DNA of 64,000 nucleotides from Pocillopora damicornis (Eukaryota): NCBI RefSeq assembly GCF_003704095.1, contig NW_020847569.1, positions 682,001 to 746,000 of the forward strand, read 5' to 3'. Shown piece by piece: positions 62,954 to 64,000 of this stretch (position 1 is its first letter; each line of letters starts with the position of its first letter). The notes under the pieces were generated by a model. It saw only the letters and a program-made list of their open reading frames with translations, ran no database searches and was not told where the DNA came from. The position numbers and the translations under genes were made by a program.

Positions 62954-63315
62954 TCATGATTTTTCTAAGGATGGATAGTTTTTAGCTATTTTGTTCCAAA
63001 ATGAATTCAATGCTTTCATCAAGAGAGAAAATGCAGTTCTAGACGCTTTTGATTCCCAAGGTGCTTTTCGACATACGCAACTTTTTCCAGTACAGCCAGG
63101 GTCACAAACAGTTCCTTTAGGACAGCAATGCCAGTTATCCCCACAATCCATTGCATCCTTTAACATACAACAGCCAACGAAAGAATTGGAATAACCGTTT
63201 AGGCAGCAGGTTGTGTTTCCAGGACAACCCGTCAGGTTGTGTATGTTTTTCCCTTTTTTTCCTGTTTTTGGTACACAATAGAGTGAACCAGGAGGAGCAT
63301 CGTTTTGCTTGGAAA
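62954..63315 (-). CDS. Terminal exon of a granulin-like cysteine-rich protein; upstream exon(s) not identified
   Basis: Acceptor ttttattctcgacag at 63317-63316, then open frame SKQNDAPPGSLYCVPKTGKKGKNIHNLTGCPGNTTCCLNGYSNSFVGCCMLKDAMDCGDNWHCCPKGTVCDPGCTGKSCVCRKAPW...EKS*. The C-C-CC-CC-xC-xDxxHCCP-C spacing matches the granulin/epithelin pattern. Confidence 0.75.
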
Positions 63316-63627
63316 CTGTCGAGAATAAAATGATCTTTTTTAGCGACTGTGTGTTTATTTTTTGGCTGTCTGATATCCTGATTTTTCAATTAGGAGAATG
63401 TTGTTTAAATACTTTTGTGTCAGCTTTTCGTATGCCTGTTTTTTGATACGGGTAATAATTTAATTGGTGATGAAATATATAAAGTCGTGAGGTGAACTTG
63501 TACGATGCGAACTCGAAATGGGTGAGACCTCTGTAAGCTGGAGAACGCCCACGAAGATCGTCAATGTGAGAAGCGTAAACAGGAATGAAAGTCTTCATCG
63601 GAGGGTAATGAACTAAAGTGGAGTATC

Positions 63628-63729
63628 GCTCTGACGAAGGGCTAACGCTCGAAACGTCAGCTTTTTTACCCTTTACGGTGGCTAATTTACGTTTTCAACC
63701 CAGTTGTTAACACTAAATTACCTGCTATA

Positions 63730-63774
<45 letters not shown>

Positions 63775-63780
63775 TTTATT
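63628..63780 (+). mobile_element. Short dispersed repeat with intact minimal hammerhead core (Penelope pLTR-like)
   Basis: gct-CTGACGA-agggctaacgctc-GAAAC-GTC-agc. Homologous copies with degenerate cores at ~32432-32572 (+) and ~9277-9430 (-). Confidence 0.7.
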
Positions 63781-64000
63781 AAAGTGAGTACAGTGGACCA
63801 AGACGAGAAATTTGGATTTCTACATACTGTAATGATGAAATATCCAGTTAACACTATTATCCCGAATTGCAATCCCCAAAATTGTGGAAAAGAATTATCC
63901 CATATTTGAATGGAGCTGAAAGCAGTTACTCGATCCATATGCTTTTACGTTAGTTTGATTGGTTAGAATGGGATGAATAGTTAGATCTACTTGGCCATTT

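Overview
AT-rich, intron-containing animal DNA. Gene content and repeat families point to a cnidarian, most likely a scleractinian coral (inference). The window holds a 13-exon glutathione-synthetase-like gene on + (943-7711), convergent with four tandem lipoxygenase genes on -. These are one stand-alone PLAT+LOX gene (8879-14750) and three catalase-like-domain/LOX fusions of the coral allene oxide synthase-lipoxygenase type: A 23898-31554, B 35366-42619 and C 47469-55975. A granulin-like last exon lies near the right end. All four LOX domains keep their iron ligands, but the paralogs differ sharply. A and B have lost both the distal His (4-codon deletion) and the proximal heme-ligand Tyr of the catalase-like domain, yet the domain stays intact and highly conserved, suggesting pseudo-enzyme fusions. 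C keeps His and Tyr but has Asn->His and a Phe at the position linked to hydroperoxide-lyase chemistry. B carries Ala rather than Gly at the Coffa-Brash stereo-determinant. All three fusions have an extra first exon encoding an N-myristoylation plus polybasic motif. The GSS-like gene has rewritten substrate-binding loops. Intergenic and intronic DNA carries Penelope-like remnants with hammerhead cores, TTAA-CCC MITEs, tRNA-derived repeats, GPCR remnants and two 100-N gaps. Gene models were spliced by eye, and reference residue numbers (human GSS, Plexaura cAOS/8R-LOX) are from memory and need alignment checks.
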